From a virus, in the IMG/VR virus record IMGVR_UViG_3300009788_000003, positions 1-64,000 of that record: a stretch of DNA of 64,000 nucleotides, one strand, 5' to 3'. The notes beneath the pieces were generated by a model. The model was not told the DNA's origin. It ran no database searches and was given only the letters and a program-made list of their open reading frames with translations. The number at the start of each line of letters is the position of its first letter. Positions within the stretch are counted from its first letter, which is position 1. Below, one piece after another: positions 48,111-58,177 of this stretch. The position numbers and the translations under genes were made by a program.

Positions 48111-49278
48111 GTTTCACTTCCCGTTCCTTGATTTCCTTCTGCAATTTTTCTTTAGTCACTTCCCCACCTTCTGTCATTTCACTCAGGTAGTCCCTGATGA
48201 TGATTCCATATCTGGGGTCTCCCGCAACATAACTAGGAACCCAAGTCCGTTTTTGAAGATGGTGGGGAAGCCTTCTGTGATTAGGCCAAAGCTGATAATG
48301 CCCCCTTCGAACATGCATGGCAACCCCGCTAACAGGATTTTCTGAAGGTCTACTTTCTGTATAAACGGTCTTCGTAAAATCACCGATACTGCTCACAAAA
48401 TAATTTGTATAAGGGGTTTGCTTTTTCTTGGTTCTTTTTCTGGCTATGCCTCTGGGAATTTCTACTTCCTTATAATAAACCCGTTGATGTCGATAGAAAA
48501 ACAAAAACAGAACCACAATAGTCATCATCGAAGTTCTAGCAACATCATTAAGATTTTCAATTAGAATTTCATCTTCCTTGAATGCTGATGCTTTCGATGT
48601 TTTAGAAGAATGAACAAAAGGCCCATAAATAAAATCTAATATCTTGTCTCCCCACAATAAATTTTGTTCCAATATTACTTCATCTTCAAATAATTCAACT
48701 ATCTGTGGCTTACAACTTGCCATATAAATATCTTGTTTTCTGTTTGTAAAGTCATAGTCTTTATCTGAGATTGTGTGCATCATCGAAATCTCAATCATGG
48801 TATCAACAGATTCATCCAACTCAATACGATAACTTTTAGTTACGTTCCGAATGCGAACACACACATCTTCAAGGACTTTACTATCTGGGGTTTCACATGC
48901 CCCAACATTGATAACCATATCTTCAAAAGGAAAATGACATTTGCCGTTCCTCATATCTTCAGCAGCAACTTTAATTAGACCAACAAGGTCATCTTCACTC
49001 AAAGTTTTTGCCAGATATTGCAAGTCATTTTCAAAATCTATAATAACAGGATATTGGTCATCTATACTCATTCCGCAATCTGCTGTCCAATAACAAAATT
49101 TATCCGTTCTAATTAGAGACTTTGCTACCTCTTCTTTAAGACCATCAAAATTCCCAAGTTCAACATCGTGCAGCCTTTTAAATTCTTCGGGGTAATTTAT
49201 AAGAACATAACTATCAGACATCACCCTGTATGAAAATTTAAGTTTGTCCCTTAGCCCCGCAATTTTCGATTTAAACAT
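48073..49278 (-). CDS. hypothetical protein with HxRRGH..W motif
   Basis: HVRRGHYQ...TWV motif common in phage proteins; AGGAGG SD. Confidence 0.8.
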   Translation of the reverse strand: MFKSKIAGLRDKLKFSYRVMSDSYVLINYPEEFKRLHDVELGNFDGLKEEVAKSLIRTDKFCYWTADCGMSIDDQYPVIIDFENDLQYLAKTLSEDDLVGLIKVAAEDMRNGKCHFPFEDMVINVGACETPDSKVLEDVCVRIRNVTKSYRIELDESVDTMIEISMMHTISDKDYDFTNRKQDIYMASCKPQIVELFEDEVILEQNLLWGDKILDFIYGPFVHSSKTSKASAFKEDEILIENLNDVARTSMMTIVVLFLFFYRHQRVYYKEVEIPRGIARKRTKKKQTPYTNYFVSSIGDFTKTVYTESRPSENPVSGVAMHVRRGHYQLWPNHRRLPHHLQKRTWVPSYVAGDPRYGIIIRDYLSEMTEGGEVTKEKLQKEIKEREVKHERSSLGDDKPE

Positions 49279-49288
49279 TTTTAACCTC

Positions 49289-49783
49289 CTAGTTAAATAT
49301 ATCGAATCTAATTTTCGCCTCTATAAAAAGTTCTTTGGAAAGTTCAATATCCACATGATGCTTTTCCATTTTCTCAGGGGATGATAGTAGAGTCACCACC
49401 CTTCCTAATTTCCTGCTGATGATGCTAACCGTGCAAGGTACACACGGGGGGTAGGTCACATACAAAGTTCTGCCCACCAAATTCTTAGTTGAATTATCCA
49501 TTGCATTTTTCTCAGCATGAATAATCAGCTTGTGTTTCAAATCGTAATCATCCAACCTTTCTTTCAGATCAGCAATTCCTTCTGGGAATCCGTTGTACCC
49601 AATATCAATATCCCGTTTCCCGTTTGCAATGATTGCCCCAACTCCTGTCCGTGGGTCTTTACTCCACTGCGAAACGTGAAGGGCTAAATTCATTAACCGC
49701 ATATCCCAATGAAGACCAACTTCTGTAGCCACAATATTATTGGAGTACACCCGTGCTAGTGGCTTGTTGTCAATTTGAATCAT
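49289..49783 (-). CDS. dCMP deaminase
   Basis: SKDP..VGA, GYNG.P, HAE.NA, PCVPC. Confidence 0.9.
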   Translation of the reverse strand: MIQIDNKPLARVYSNNIVATEVGLHWDMRLMNLALHVSQWSKDPRTGVGAIIANGKRDIDIGYNGFPEGIADLKERLDDYDLKHKLIIHAEKNAMDNSTKNLVGRTLYVTYPPCVPCTVSIISRKLGRVVTLLSSPEKMEKHHVDIELSKELFIEAKIRFDIFN

Positions 49784-49968
49784 CGTAGTTTTATAATCCC
49801 CTTTAGGAAATCACCTGTTGCATCCCCTTCAGGAAATCTCTTAGTCAAATAGTTCATTGCCCTATCATTATCTTTCCAATACTTGATCAATAAATCAGTC
49901 ACCAAAGATTCATCAATTATTTTAGATAGCTTTCTAACTCGCAATTTTTTTAGTTTTAGGAGTACCAT
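49780..49968 (-). CDS. hypothetical protein
   Basis: coupled small ORF. Confidence 0.5.
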   Translation of the reverse strand: MVLLKLKKLRVRKLSKIIDESLVTDLLIKYWKDNDRAMNYLTKRFPEGDATGDFLKGIIKLR

Positions 49969-50170
49969 AGTGGTTTCTAAAATCCCTCACTGCTAGTTTT
50001 TCGGTTTCGTACCTGTACCCCCTTACCCCGCACACAGGACATTCAACATGAAATGAATCACCGTTGTTATGAACGTCTGAAGGGGTTTCACACTCAGGGC
50101 AAAGAGTCAGCAGAGAAATAATTGTATGCTCTACCGTTCCCGTGTGTAATTTTGAAAGTAGTTTAGGCAT
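49934..50170 (-). CDS. Lar-like zinc-ribbon protein
   Basis: CPEC...VECPVCG...EKLAV..F. Confidence 0.55.
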   Translation of the reverse strand: MPKLLSKLHTGTVEHTIISLLTLCPECETPSDVHNNGDSFHVECPVCGVRGYRYETEKLAVRDFRNHYGTPKTKKIAS

Positions 50171-50789
50171 TTGGAAGCACCCATTTAGCTTTATTCAAAT
50201 TAGTAAGTGTAATTACTTTTTTAATACGCTGAGCATGTGGATGCTTTGCACCTACAGTTTCAATAACAATAAAACAATCATTATTTTCCTCTTTTTCCTT
50301 CACTAACTTAAACCAAATATCGATATCCGTTTCAGAGAAATCAAAAGTCAAATCATGATTAGCTACTTGATCAAGAAGATCACTAATCTTACCCATCATT
50401 AATCCTTCAAGGGTTTTCTTCGGGGGGTCAATTTGATAAACACCGTTTTCTTCTGGGTTAGCAGGGTCAATATGAAGAATAGCCTTTTCCCCCTCAACTA
50501 ATTCAACCCCGTCAACTGTCATTGTCATTAATGGGTTAGCATCTTTCTCATCTTGCTCTATAAGGATTTTGAGATTAGTAACGGTCTCATTAAATTTTAC
50601 ATTCTTAGATTCTTCTTGGTTAAGCAGCCACATACAATAACTGTGTTGTTGTTCCATCAGCATAGACAGATTCATGCCCTTATGCTTTCCAAAATCAATC
50701 ACATACTCTGCTGCCTTGACCACATCATCAGATGGGTCTTGCAGCTTTTGTTGCTGTTCAACTAATTGCCCGAAGGTCAGACTAGTCAT
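50163..50789 (-). CDS. hypothetical protein with FGKHKG (ExoX C-terminal/DUF3820-like) domain
   Basis: IDFGKHKG..L......Y..WL. Confidence 0.7.
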   Translation of the reverse strand: MTSLTFGQLVEQQQKLQDPSDDVVKAAEYVIDFGKHKGMNLSMLMEQQHSYCMWLLNQEESKNVKFNETVTNLKILIEQDEKDANPLMTMTVDGVELVEGEKAILHIDPANPEENGVYQIDPPKKTLEGLMMGKISDLLDQVANHDLTFDFSETDIDIWFKLVKEKEENNDCFIVIETVGAKHPHAQRIKKVITLTNLNKAKWVLPNA

Positions 50790-50830
50790 AAGCCATACAC
50801 CTTTTTGTATTTAGATTGTTCATACCTCCT

Positions 50831-50860
50831 ATTATAACACATCTAAAAATTATTTGTCAG
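50831..50860 (-). promoter_or_regulatory. sigma70 promoter with 18-bp box 7 nt upstream of -35
   Basis: CTGACA-N18-TATAAT; box at 50868-50885. Confidence 0.7.
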
Positions 50861-50880
50861 TTTATTTTTTGATCTTAGTA

Positions 50881-51447
50881 TCAAACCACTTCCAATAACT
50901 CCATCGTACCTAAAAGTTTTTCAAGTTTCCAACCAAGTGTTTCAACATCTGTATTATTCATAATTCGGTAGTCAATCAGGTCTGGTGAAATTCCATCTTC
51001 AGAAGAATGCTCTGCTTCGGTTCCCTCCAAAGATAACACACCTTCCCTGAGTAATTCGATCACTGCCCCACCACACGAATGAATCCAATTCGCTTCATTA
51101 TTAAATCTGACATCGGTAACAAATCCCAATCTAATAGAAGTGGGGGAACTCTGTATTTTTTCATTCAATCGATTAACCCAGAAATCCTTTGAAATTAAAT
51201 CCCGTGCAAACTCGGTTCCAAGCTTTTGCAACATTTCCCGGTACGAGATTCCCCACCGTTCAGAAATCTCTTCCTTGTGTTCATAAAACTTCCCAACAGG
51301 CTCACCAAAAACCGCAGCACAAGAATGTTTCACTGCATCAGCAAAAGCAAATCTTTGGGCTAACGGGTGGTCTGGTCTTTTGAAATATTCCTCAACCATT
51401 GTGTCTTTTCCACATCTTGCCTTACCTGTGATTCCGATTATTATCAT
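50881..51447 (-). CDS. deoxynucleoside monophosphate kinase
   Basis: GITGKARCGKDT, FADAVK, RE.LQ.LGTE, DVRF.NE, HSSE. Confidence 0.9.
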   Translation of the reverse strand: MIIIGITGKARCGKDTMVEEYFKRPDHPLAQRFAFADAVKHSCAAVFGEPVGKFYEHKEEISERWGISYREMLQKLGTEFARDLISKDFWVNRLNEKIQSSPTSIRLGFVTDVRFNNEANWIHSCGGAVIELLREGVLSLEGTEAEHSSEDGISPDLIDYRIMNNTDVETLGWKLEKLLGTMELLEVV

Positions 51448-51704
51448 TTAAAAAACCTCGATACAATTTTATGAACTACCAAATGAAATCCACGCGCAAA
51501 AAATCGGCGCGTGTAATATCTACGAATATAAGAAGTCACAGTGAAAACCATGACTACCCCGAATGCAACCCCCGCACTTGACTTCGACACGTAGGAAGGG
51601 AACAGCACCGGAATGAGCCAAAGCATGACACACCAAGACACCACGAATCCACTTGCCATATCTGCACTTGCCTCAATGTGAGACTCAACCTTAGTTTGTT
51701 CCAT
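51444..51704 (-). CDS. small membrane protein
   Basis: QT..ES.IEA...SY.R.Y..RRFF conserved phage pattern. Confidence 0.7.
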   Translation of the reverse strand: MEQTKVESHIEASADMASGFVVSWCVMLWLIPVLFPSYVSKSSAGVAFGVVMVFTVTSYIRRYYTRRFFARGFHLVVHKIVSRFFK

Positions 51705-51766
51705 CCCCGTATCCCCTACTATATATGCCGTAGCTTTTAAACACTATCCCGTATGTTGTGGTTTAC

Positions 51767-51949
51767 CTATCGCCAACAAATCCCTGCATGAATCTCAATC
51801 AATTTATGATTTTGGTGGGTAGTTAGCGCATGGTCATCACCCTTGTTAAACAGATCATCCACAAATTTACGCTCCCATTCATTTAAGTCAGGCTCATTTT
51901 CTGACTCCATGATTTCATCCAACAATCTACTTTGCACTTTGTTCATCAA
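51767..51949 (-). CDS. hypothetical protein
   Basis: LNEWE..F...L.....LT..Q motif. Confidence 0.6.
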   Translation of the reverse strand: MMNKVQSRLLDEIMESENEPDLNEWERKFVDDLFNKGDDHALTTHQNHKLIEIHAGICWR

Positions 51950-52302
51950 TAATCCTTGAAGACTGCATGACCTACCGAAACCATTTCTTCATTGATATTC
52001 ATTTCCGTATGCTCACCCCTGTCCATCCAAAGCGTACCTATCCACCTTCCATACTTGCCCTTCTTATCCTTCAAAGTCGTTACAACCAAATCACCTGTCA
52101 TGTTATGCAACAGTTCAACTAAAAATTTAGTGGAAGCAATACCTGCCATTTTTTCAGTAAGGTCTTTGGTTCTGGATTCTGGTGCATTGATTCCATGCAA
52201 CCTAAATCTTTCATGAATGGTAATCTTAAATCCAAGGTCTACCCATAGATCAACCGTGTCACCATCCACTACCCTGTCTATTTTGCATTTGTATTCAAAC
52301 AT
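51946..52302 (-). CDS. thermonuclease (SNase-like)
   Basis: RVVDGDT...DLGF...RL.GI.APE...GKYGR. Confidence 0.85.
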   Translation of the reverse strand: MFEYKCKIDRVVDGDTVDLWVDLGFKITIHERFRLHGINAPESRTKDLTEKMAGIASTKFLVELLHNMTGDLVVTTLKDKKGKYGRWIGTLWMDRGEHTEMNINEEMVSVGHAVFKDY

Positions 52303-52303
52303 T

Positions 52304-52594
52304 TTATCTCCCCGTGTGTTTTGCAACTTCGTGTTGTTGTAGTCCAACTTCAGCAACAAGTTTACCACAGTGGGGGCATTTTACTTTTGGTGATTTGCCC
52401 TTAGTGGCATGATGCTGTGGGTTGTTGGTTTGTTGTTTCTCTGGGATGTCAAAAATGCTTGGGTCATCATCTTCAACTTTCTCACCCCCGCATTCCGCGC
52501 ATGTGTAGGGATAACCTTGCGGCTCCCTTCCATCAGAGCAACAACACAATTGGCAGATTTCCCCTTCAACTATTTGATCAGCAATATCACCCAC
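52304..52594 (-). CDS. Cys-rich zinc-finger protein
   Basis: CQLC, CAEC, C2H2-like CPHC..H...H. Confidence 0.65.
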   Translation of the reverse strand: MGDIADQIVEGEICQLCCCSDGREPQGYPYTCAECGGEKVEDDDPSIFDIPEKQQTNNPQHHATKGKSPKVKCPHCGKLVAEVGLQQHEVAKHTGR

Positions 52595-52820
52595 CGTCTT
52601 TCTCCGTTGGGGGTTTTCCCGTGTACCTTCTGGATGTCGTTATGTCCATAAGAGATTCCACACTTTTCATAATTGCCCGTGCATCAGAATTAGACTGACC
52701 TTCTAAAGCATCAGCTATTTCAACCATAGCCTGTCCATGTTTTCTTAATTCCTCAGATGGAACTTCGCAACGTGTATCTAATATTTCAAGAACACTATTT
52801 ACCATTTCTATTTTAGTCAT
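52587..52820 (-). CDS. hypothetical protein
   Basis: coupled ORF. Confidence 0.55.
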   Translation of the reverse strand: MTKIEMVNSVLEILDTRCEVPSEELRKHGQAMVEIADALEGQSNSDARAIMKSVESLMDITTSRRYTGKPPTEKDGG

Positions 52821-53191
52821 TATCCTAACCCCTCTATAAATTCTCGTATGTTGGTTTCATCGGAGAGCATTACCGCATTATGGATAACATATCCCGGCGA
52901 TATTGGCCCCACGTAAGGAACGTCAAATTCCCCGAACTGATCAACCGTCATATCAACAATAGTATGTGACTCTTCATCGATGTTCTCTACCTGAATCCAA
53001 CTATGGTCTTTCCCCGCAAACACACCCTGACACAAGTGAATGTTGTAAGTTGGAATACCTGTCTCTTTGATTTGGATTGCTAACCAAGTTAGGGCTTCAT
53101 GACATCTACCGTAGGTACTGTCTAATCCCCTCTCTTCCAAAAACTTTGGCACATTAGCCAAAGCTGCTACTTGTCCCACTGTCGCGCTCAT
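52820..53191 (-). CDS. transglutaminase/papain-like fold protein
   Basis: G.C...H.W...IVD.T..QF (Cys-His-Asp order). Confidence 0.55.
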   Translation of the reverse strand: MSATVGQVAALANVPKFLEERGLDSTYGRCHEALTWLAIQIKETGIPTYNIHLCQGVFAGKDHSWIQVENIDEESHTIVDMTVDQFGEFDVPYVGPISPGYVIHNAVMLSDETNIREFIEGLG

Positions 53192-53269
53192 TTTACTATC
53201 CCCCAGATAAAAAAAATCCCGTTCCTGAAATAAATCAAGAACAGGATGCTCTACCCCTCCCCATTATTC

Positions 53270-53797
53270 TTACGCAGCATAACCATAAAGAAGTGCTTCA
53301 GCCCTAGCATATAATTCAGGATGTCCACCTTCCAAAGATTTCAACAGCAATTTGTTTTCGGCAACATAGACCTTTGCAAAATTCGGGTCATATTTAATTA
53401 TAGTTGGAGTGTTGTGCAGAATATCGGCAAGCTTGATTGTCTTAACTTCATTCGGGGCTTTAGCCAGATGTGCAGCAATCAAAGCCTTCCTGTGTTTTCT
53501 GTTTGTGGCAAAAGAATATTCCTTGTTGGTCAACCACTCAACATAAGTAGCAGCAACCATCCCACCAACCCTTTCAACATCAGTCAAGGTAAAGTCAGTG
53601 TCTTCAAGGATGTCATGCATCATAGCAGCCGCAATCATATCCAGATCATAAACAACATCCCGAACAATCCGTGCAACTTCCATAGGATGTTCAACATAAG
53701 GTTCACCCGTATACTTTCGGGTCTGACCCTCATGAGCCATTGCTATAAACTCGATAACATAATCGATGTCGTGAATAAATTTCATGTTAGTTTCCAT
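53270..53797 (-). CDS. HD-domain (p)ppGpp hydrolase-like protein (Mesh1/SpoT-HD)
   Basis: AH.GQ.RK..GEPY..HP..VA, HD..EDT, IKLAD..HN. Confidence 0.85.
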   Translation of the reverse strand: METNMKFIHDIDYVIEFIAMAHEGQTRKYTGEPYVEHPMEVARIVRDVVYDLDMIAAAMMHDILEDTDFTLTDVERVGGMVAATYVEWLTNKEYSFATNRKHRKALIAAHLAKAPNEVKTIKLADILHNTPTIIKYDPNFAKVYVAENKLLLKSLEGGHPELYARAEALLYGYAA

Positions 53798-53803
53798 ACG
53801 TTA

Positions 53804-53832
53804 ATAGTACCATTCAGTAAATTATTTGTCAA
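53804..53832 (-). promoter_or_regulatory. sigma70 promoter
   Basis: TTGACA-N17-TACTAT. Confidence 0.7.
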
Positions 53833-54148
53833 TACTAAATATAAATAAATCCAAAGAAAAATAGTCCTGCTGTGCTGAACCAATACACCCCCAAAACCAT
53901 CATAATAATAAAAGGGTGATTGGCGTAATCAACTCTCTTGACCATGTATACGTGAATCGCATACAAGATAAAAATAGTCAGGACAATGTAAAATTTAATT
54001 TCCATTATGCTGTCCTGACTACAACCCTGTAAGGTCTCGGATTCGGGCGCATATCAACTTCGAATCTGACATTGTACCCAAGGCTTTCCATCTCTGAGAT
54101 GTAAGCACTGGTAGCAGTCCAAGTTGAAAAGAATTTACTGGTTGTCAT

Positions 54149-54860
54149 CTAGTACACCTTGTTAGAAAGAATAATAATTTTGGTTGTGATAGGGTCAGTT
54201 GCATTCTCAGGAACTTCAACCCCTTCAATTAAATCTGCATATTCAACAACCCACCTTTCAACATCAAAAGTCCAAAGTCCATTTGTATAAACTGAACTAT
54301 CATGGGCATAAGTGATGGGGGCAAGTCTGTAATCTTCTTCAGCAGAAGTGAAATGAAAATATCCGTGACCTTTTATCAGTTCAACCTTGTGACCGAACTT
54401 CTTCAGGATTGCAGCAGCAACATTTTTCTTAGTAGCTTTCATTATGCTGCCTTCCTGATTGCTAATTCCATCCCACAATAATTAACTTCATCGGCATAGT
54501 AACCTGCTTTAGAACCTTCAGGATTTGCTCTCATTGCTTCATAAGCATCCTTCATAATATAACGCAGGGAATCATCAGATTTATTTTTCAGACTGATGGG
54601 ATATGTTCTGTGGTTGATGTTTACTATGACCATGATTATTTAACTCCGTAAAGTCTAAGAGTAGCGGCACAAACAGGAACTTCATAAAGAGTGATTCCAA
54701 ATTTGCGAACAGCGATTCCTGCTTGATGTGCTTCAGGATGCTTCTTGCAAATGCGCTGAGCTAAACGATGAGTTGTAACAGTTCTCCAATGCTTGAAACC
54801 CGCAACTGCAAAAAGTCCTACCGGGATTTGAAGGCTTAAAAAGATGATTACTGTTTCCAT
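54149..54860 (-). other. cluster of three small early ORFs (54149-~54442, 54442-54633, 54636-54860)
   Basis: coupled ORFs behind promoter 54894-54921. Confidence 0.6.
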
Positions 54861-54893
54861 TTTCTGTCTCGTGTTGTTTGTTTCTATACCTTA

Positions 54894-54921
54894 ATTATAG
54901 CACTCTACTATTATTTGTCAG
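54894..54921 (-). promoter_or_regulatory. sigma70 promoter; CRP-like site at 54931-54946
   Basis: CTGACA-N16-TATAAT; TGTGA-CTTAGT-TCACA. Confidence 0.7.
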
Positions 54922-54953
54922 GATTATCGGTGTGACTTAGTTCACATTTCGGC

Positions 54954-54985
54954 AAAAAAAGAGGGGCATTTCAGCCCCCCAAAAA
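54954..54985. terminator. intrinsic terminator
   Basis: GGGGC...GCCCC hairpin flanked by A-runs. Confidence 0.6.
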
Positions 54986-55003
54986 CACGCTCTTCTACGT
55001 GAT

Positions 55004-55264
55004 TCAATCCTTCAATAAATCTAAACAAGCACGGGGTTTTAAATAACCGTCTACATCCCGCAATTCCTTATCCAGAGTAAACCCCATAGAACAAGTTGCG
55101 TGTCCACCATAGTTATCAAAGAACTGACAGTGGGGGGAATTCTGCCCCGTAAGCTTGCAGCAATGTGTGCTGTCAGGAACCAAGATTTTCAGGTTCACCA
55201 TTTTGTATCCGTTATTCAAATTTAGTGCTTCACTCATTTTTATTTCCTCCATTATTTTATCCAA
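55004..55264 (-). CDS. small Cys-rich protein
   Basis: ORF with 5 Cys. Confidence 0.55.
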   Translation of the reverse strand: MDKIMEEIKMSEALNLNNGYKMVNLKILVPDSTHCCKLTGQNSPHCQFFDNYGGHATCSMGFTLDKELRDVDGYLKPRACLDLLKD

Positions 55265-55932
55265 TAAACTAGAACGTACCTTTCCCCCTCAGTAACAGGA
55301 TTTGCCCTATGACACTGAATAGGGTTCCCAGAAAAAAGAAGAGCATGACCCTTCGGTATTTCAATTTTCGTTTCTGGATGTCTCACGAAAGACATTTCCC
55401 CGCCCTTAAAACCATCATTCAAATTAACCGAAACAGATAGCAAGGAAGTTTTATCATGATGCATATCCATACTTCGATATCCAACTTGAGTTGTGTACTT
55501 AATCAGGAAACACTTGATAGCTTTTTCTGCTACATACCCGAACAACCCCTTGTACAAAGAATTCAAAATCCAGAGACAAATAAAATCTTCGTGATAACTA
55601 TTAATCCACGGATTCATTTTCTTCAAGTGAGTTTCGAATGCAGCATATCCATCTTTATTATCGAAGCACCACTTGTCAGCTTCGTTACCTTTCTCAATCA
55701 GCCAGTCACAATATTCATCTGAGAAAAGGGGAACTAAAAAAGTGTAGGGTAGTGGTTCCTGTATTTGGGTTAGAATCTTGCTGCCCTCATGAATGACCCC
55801 AAACGGATTAAAAATATTTTCCCAATCTGGATGCAGCATTTCGGGGGTAGGTCTCCAATTCCAAGAATCAGGAATGTCAGTGGGCAACCATTTATCCACT
55901 GCTTTAATTATGTTGCCCCGAAATTTACTCAT
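55252..55932 (-). CDS. 2OG-Fe(II) oxygenase, PLOD/prolyl-hydroxylase-like
   Basis: HHD...SV.LN..F.GG..F...GHALLF....H...PV..G.RY. Confidence 0.85.
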   Translation of the reverse strand: MSKFRGNIIKAVDKWLPTDIPDSWNWRPTPEMLHPDWENIFNPFGVIHEGSKILTQIQEPLPYTFLVPLFSDEYCDWLIEKGNEADKWCFDNKDGYAAFETHLKKMNPWINSYHEDFICLWILNSLYKGLFGYVAEKAIKCFLIKYTTQVGYRSMDMHHDKTSLLSVSVNLNDGFKGGEMSFVRHPETKIEIPKGHALLFSGNPIQCHRANPVTEGERYVLVYWIK

Positions 55933-57892
55933 TTTTTTCTGTCTTCAAATTGAGAAGGGTGAAATAATCTCCTTACCGCTTCAAATGTTTGATAGGGATT
56001 ATTCTTGTGGCTATCTTCCATTGCTTGCTTTATTTCATCGGCAATAGGAACCCCACTACCATCTTGAAACTCCCACACCATTGTTTTAGAATTTAATTTT
56101 CTACCGCGCCAGTAACTACCGTGTTTTGTCATTATGAATTTCTGTGTGGGATGCTTTCCGCAAGTTCATAATCGAAGTCCACAAATGCTGCCTTCAGAAA
56201 TTCTTTAACATGACCTTCATTATTAAAGATTCTGGAATCCTCATGTGGAAGATCACGAATTGCAGTTTTGTATGTGACTTGAATAAAGTTCAATCCATAG
56301 ACACTGATTGTCCCATCCAATATTTTTGCTTTGCAGAAGGTAAGGGTTCTGAGTTTCCCATCGAAGTTTTCAATACAACCATAAACTTCATTCAGTCCAA
56401 CCTCATTACAAAATTCAAACAGCCTTGTTGATAAATCTTTCCTTGCGCTCATATTCTATCCCCGGTAAGTGATACTAAGTTCAAATTATTTTCTCTCGTA
56501 TGGTTCACCACAGTACAGGCAATTATCCATTTCAGGGTCTTCCCCTTCATCATAAACACACAAGGGAAAAGGATTCTGATGTTGGTACTTCTCACATTCC
56601 CATCCATCCGCAGGATACATAATCCACTGTTTCCGATCTGGAAAATCTCTGCCCACAACACATTTAACGATGTTTGCAATCTGATCATTTAACCCATTCA
56701 CTTTCTTTTGAATGGTAATCAATTTAGCATCAAGTCGTTTTACCTGAACTTCCATATCCACAACTAATTTCCCTGCTTTCCTTTTTGTTATCATCTGCTC
56801 TGCCCCAATTGAATATTGATCACAGCAAGATCATTCATCAGAGTTTTTTTAACCCCCTCAAGATCGTCTATTTTTTGCAACACCCTGTTAATCTCTTCCA
56901 ACGTGAAAGAAATAACAGGCTCTTCCATAGTGGCAATTGCATCTGCCCGTTTGTGTACAATCAGATTTAGTATGTCCATTCAATGCCTCAACGGAAATTG
57001 AGCATTCCATTCCTTCCAGTGCTCTAAAGAAAATTCTTCTATTCGTGTGTAGGCTTCCCGCATTTGTTTCAACGTCAATTCAGAAACCATAATATCTAAA
57101 CCCGTACAAAATGAATTGGCATCAAACTTCATTGACCAACCCGTGAAAAACGTGACATCGAAAGTCATAGACAGATAATGAAAATCCAGTTTTTGAATTA
57201 AATCCAGACACCCATCTTTGTCTATTCGTTGATTAAATGAATGGGCAGTTTCAATATTGTAGTTCATCATTAAATCTCCGAACTCACTTCATCAAATGCC
57301 TGAATCGCAGTTTCAAAAGTGCTGATATTCATTTGAAGGTAAACACGGTATTCCCGGTCTACCCTATTATGACAATTAGCAGGGATTCTCTCCAACTCTA
57401 ATTGCATTTCAGATAATTTGTTTCGTGCCTCTCCGACACCCATTCTTACTTCAGTCATCACTGACCCCCATTAAGTTTTTGGCATATCTTCGTAACGCAC
57501 CAAGTTCCTTCGATACATCTTCATGAGATTTGCGATAAACAGTACCACCCGCAAACCCTTGTATTTCAAGTTCCAACTTTTTCAAACGCTCAGCCAATTC
57601 CTGAATCATATCGTACTCTTCTGAATCACAGTTTTCTTGTCCTGCCATATCGAAAGCACGGGTTGTTAGTTTGCTCATCCTAATTTACTCCACCATAAAA
57701 TTTCAGTGAAACAGGTTGCTAACCCGTATTCTTTTTTAGCATGTTCAGCAGTTTCATTTGTCAAAGTCTCAATCCCAATATCAGACTGCGGGGTTATCCG
57801 GTCTTTGATTACCAAATTTCCATACCCCTGAACAAGCGTGGAATCTTCGAAACCCATTCTGCCTGTGTAATGATAACTCACAAACAAATCAC

Positions 57893-58177
57893 TCATAATT
57901 TATCCTGATGATGTGAAATACAATCCTGCTCAGTTTCAAAAACAAGTTCTCTGCCTGACAGGGGTAAATCAATTCTCATTCTCCCTGCCAATCTCACAAA
58001 AGCATTTGCGCTTCCCTTTATTAGCATGTGTCCCGCGCACTGTAATTTTGTATTTTTGTGACACACAAAAGAATCTTCTGCCAGAATTTCAGGCATACGA
58101 TTAAGCCAACCCTTCATGCAATCAGTTCTGAACGGGCAATCTTTACAAGGCTTTCTTACATGCGGTAATTTAGTCAT
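57893..58177 (-). CDS. DUF6283-like Cys-rich protein
   Basis: PC..CPFR.D...F.CH...CAG. Confidence 0.6.
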   Translation of the reverse strand: MTKLPHVRKPCKDCPFRTDCMKGWLNRMPEILAEDSFVCHKNTKLQCAGHMLIKGSANAFVRLAGRMRIDLPLSGRELVFETEQDCISHHQDKL

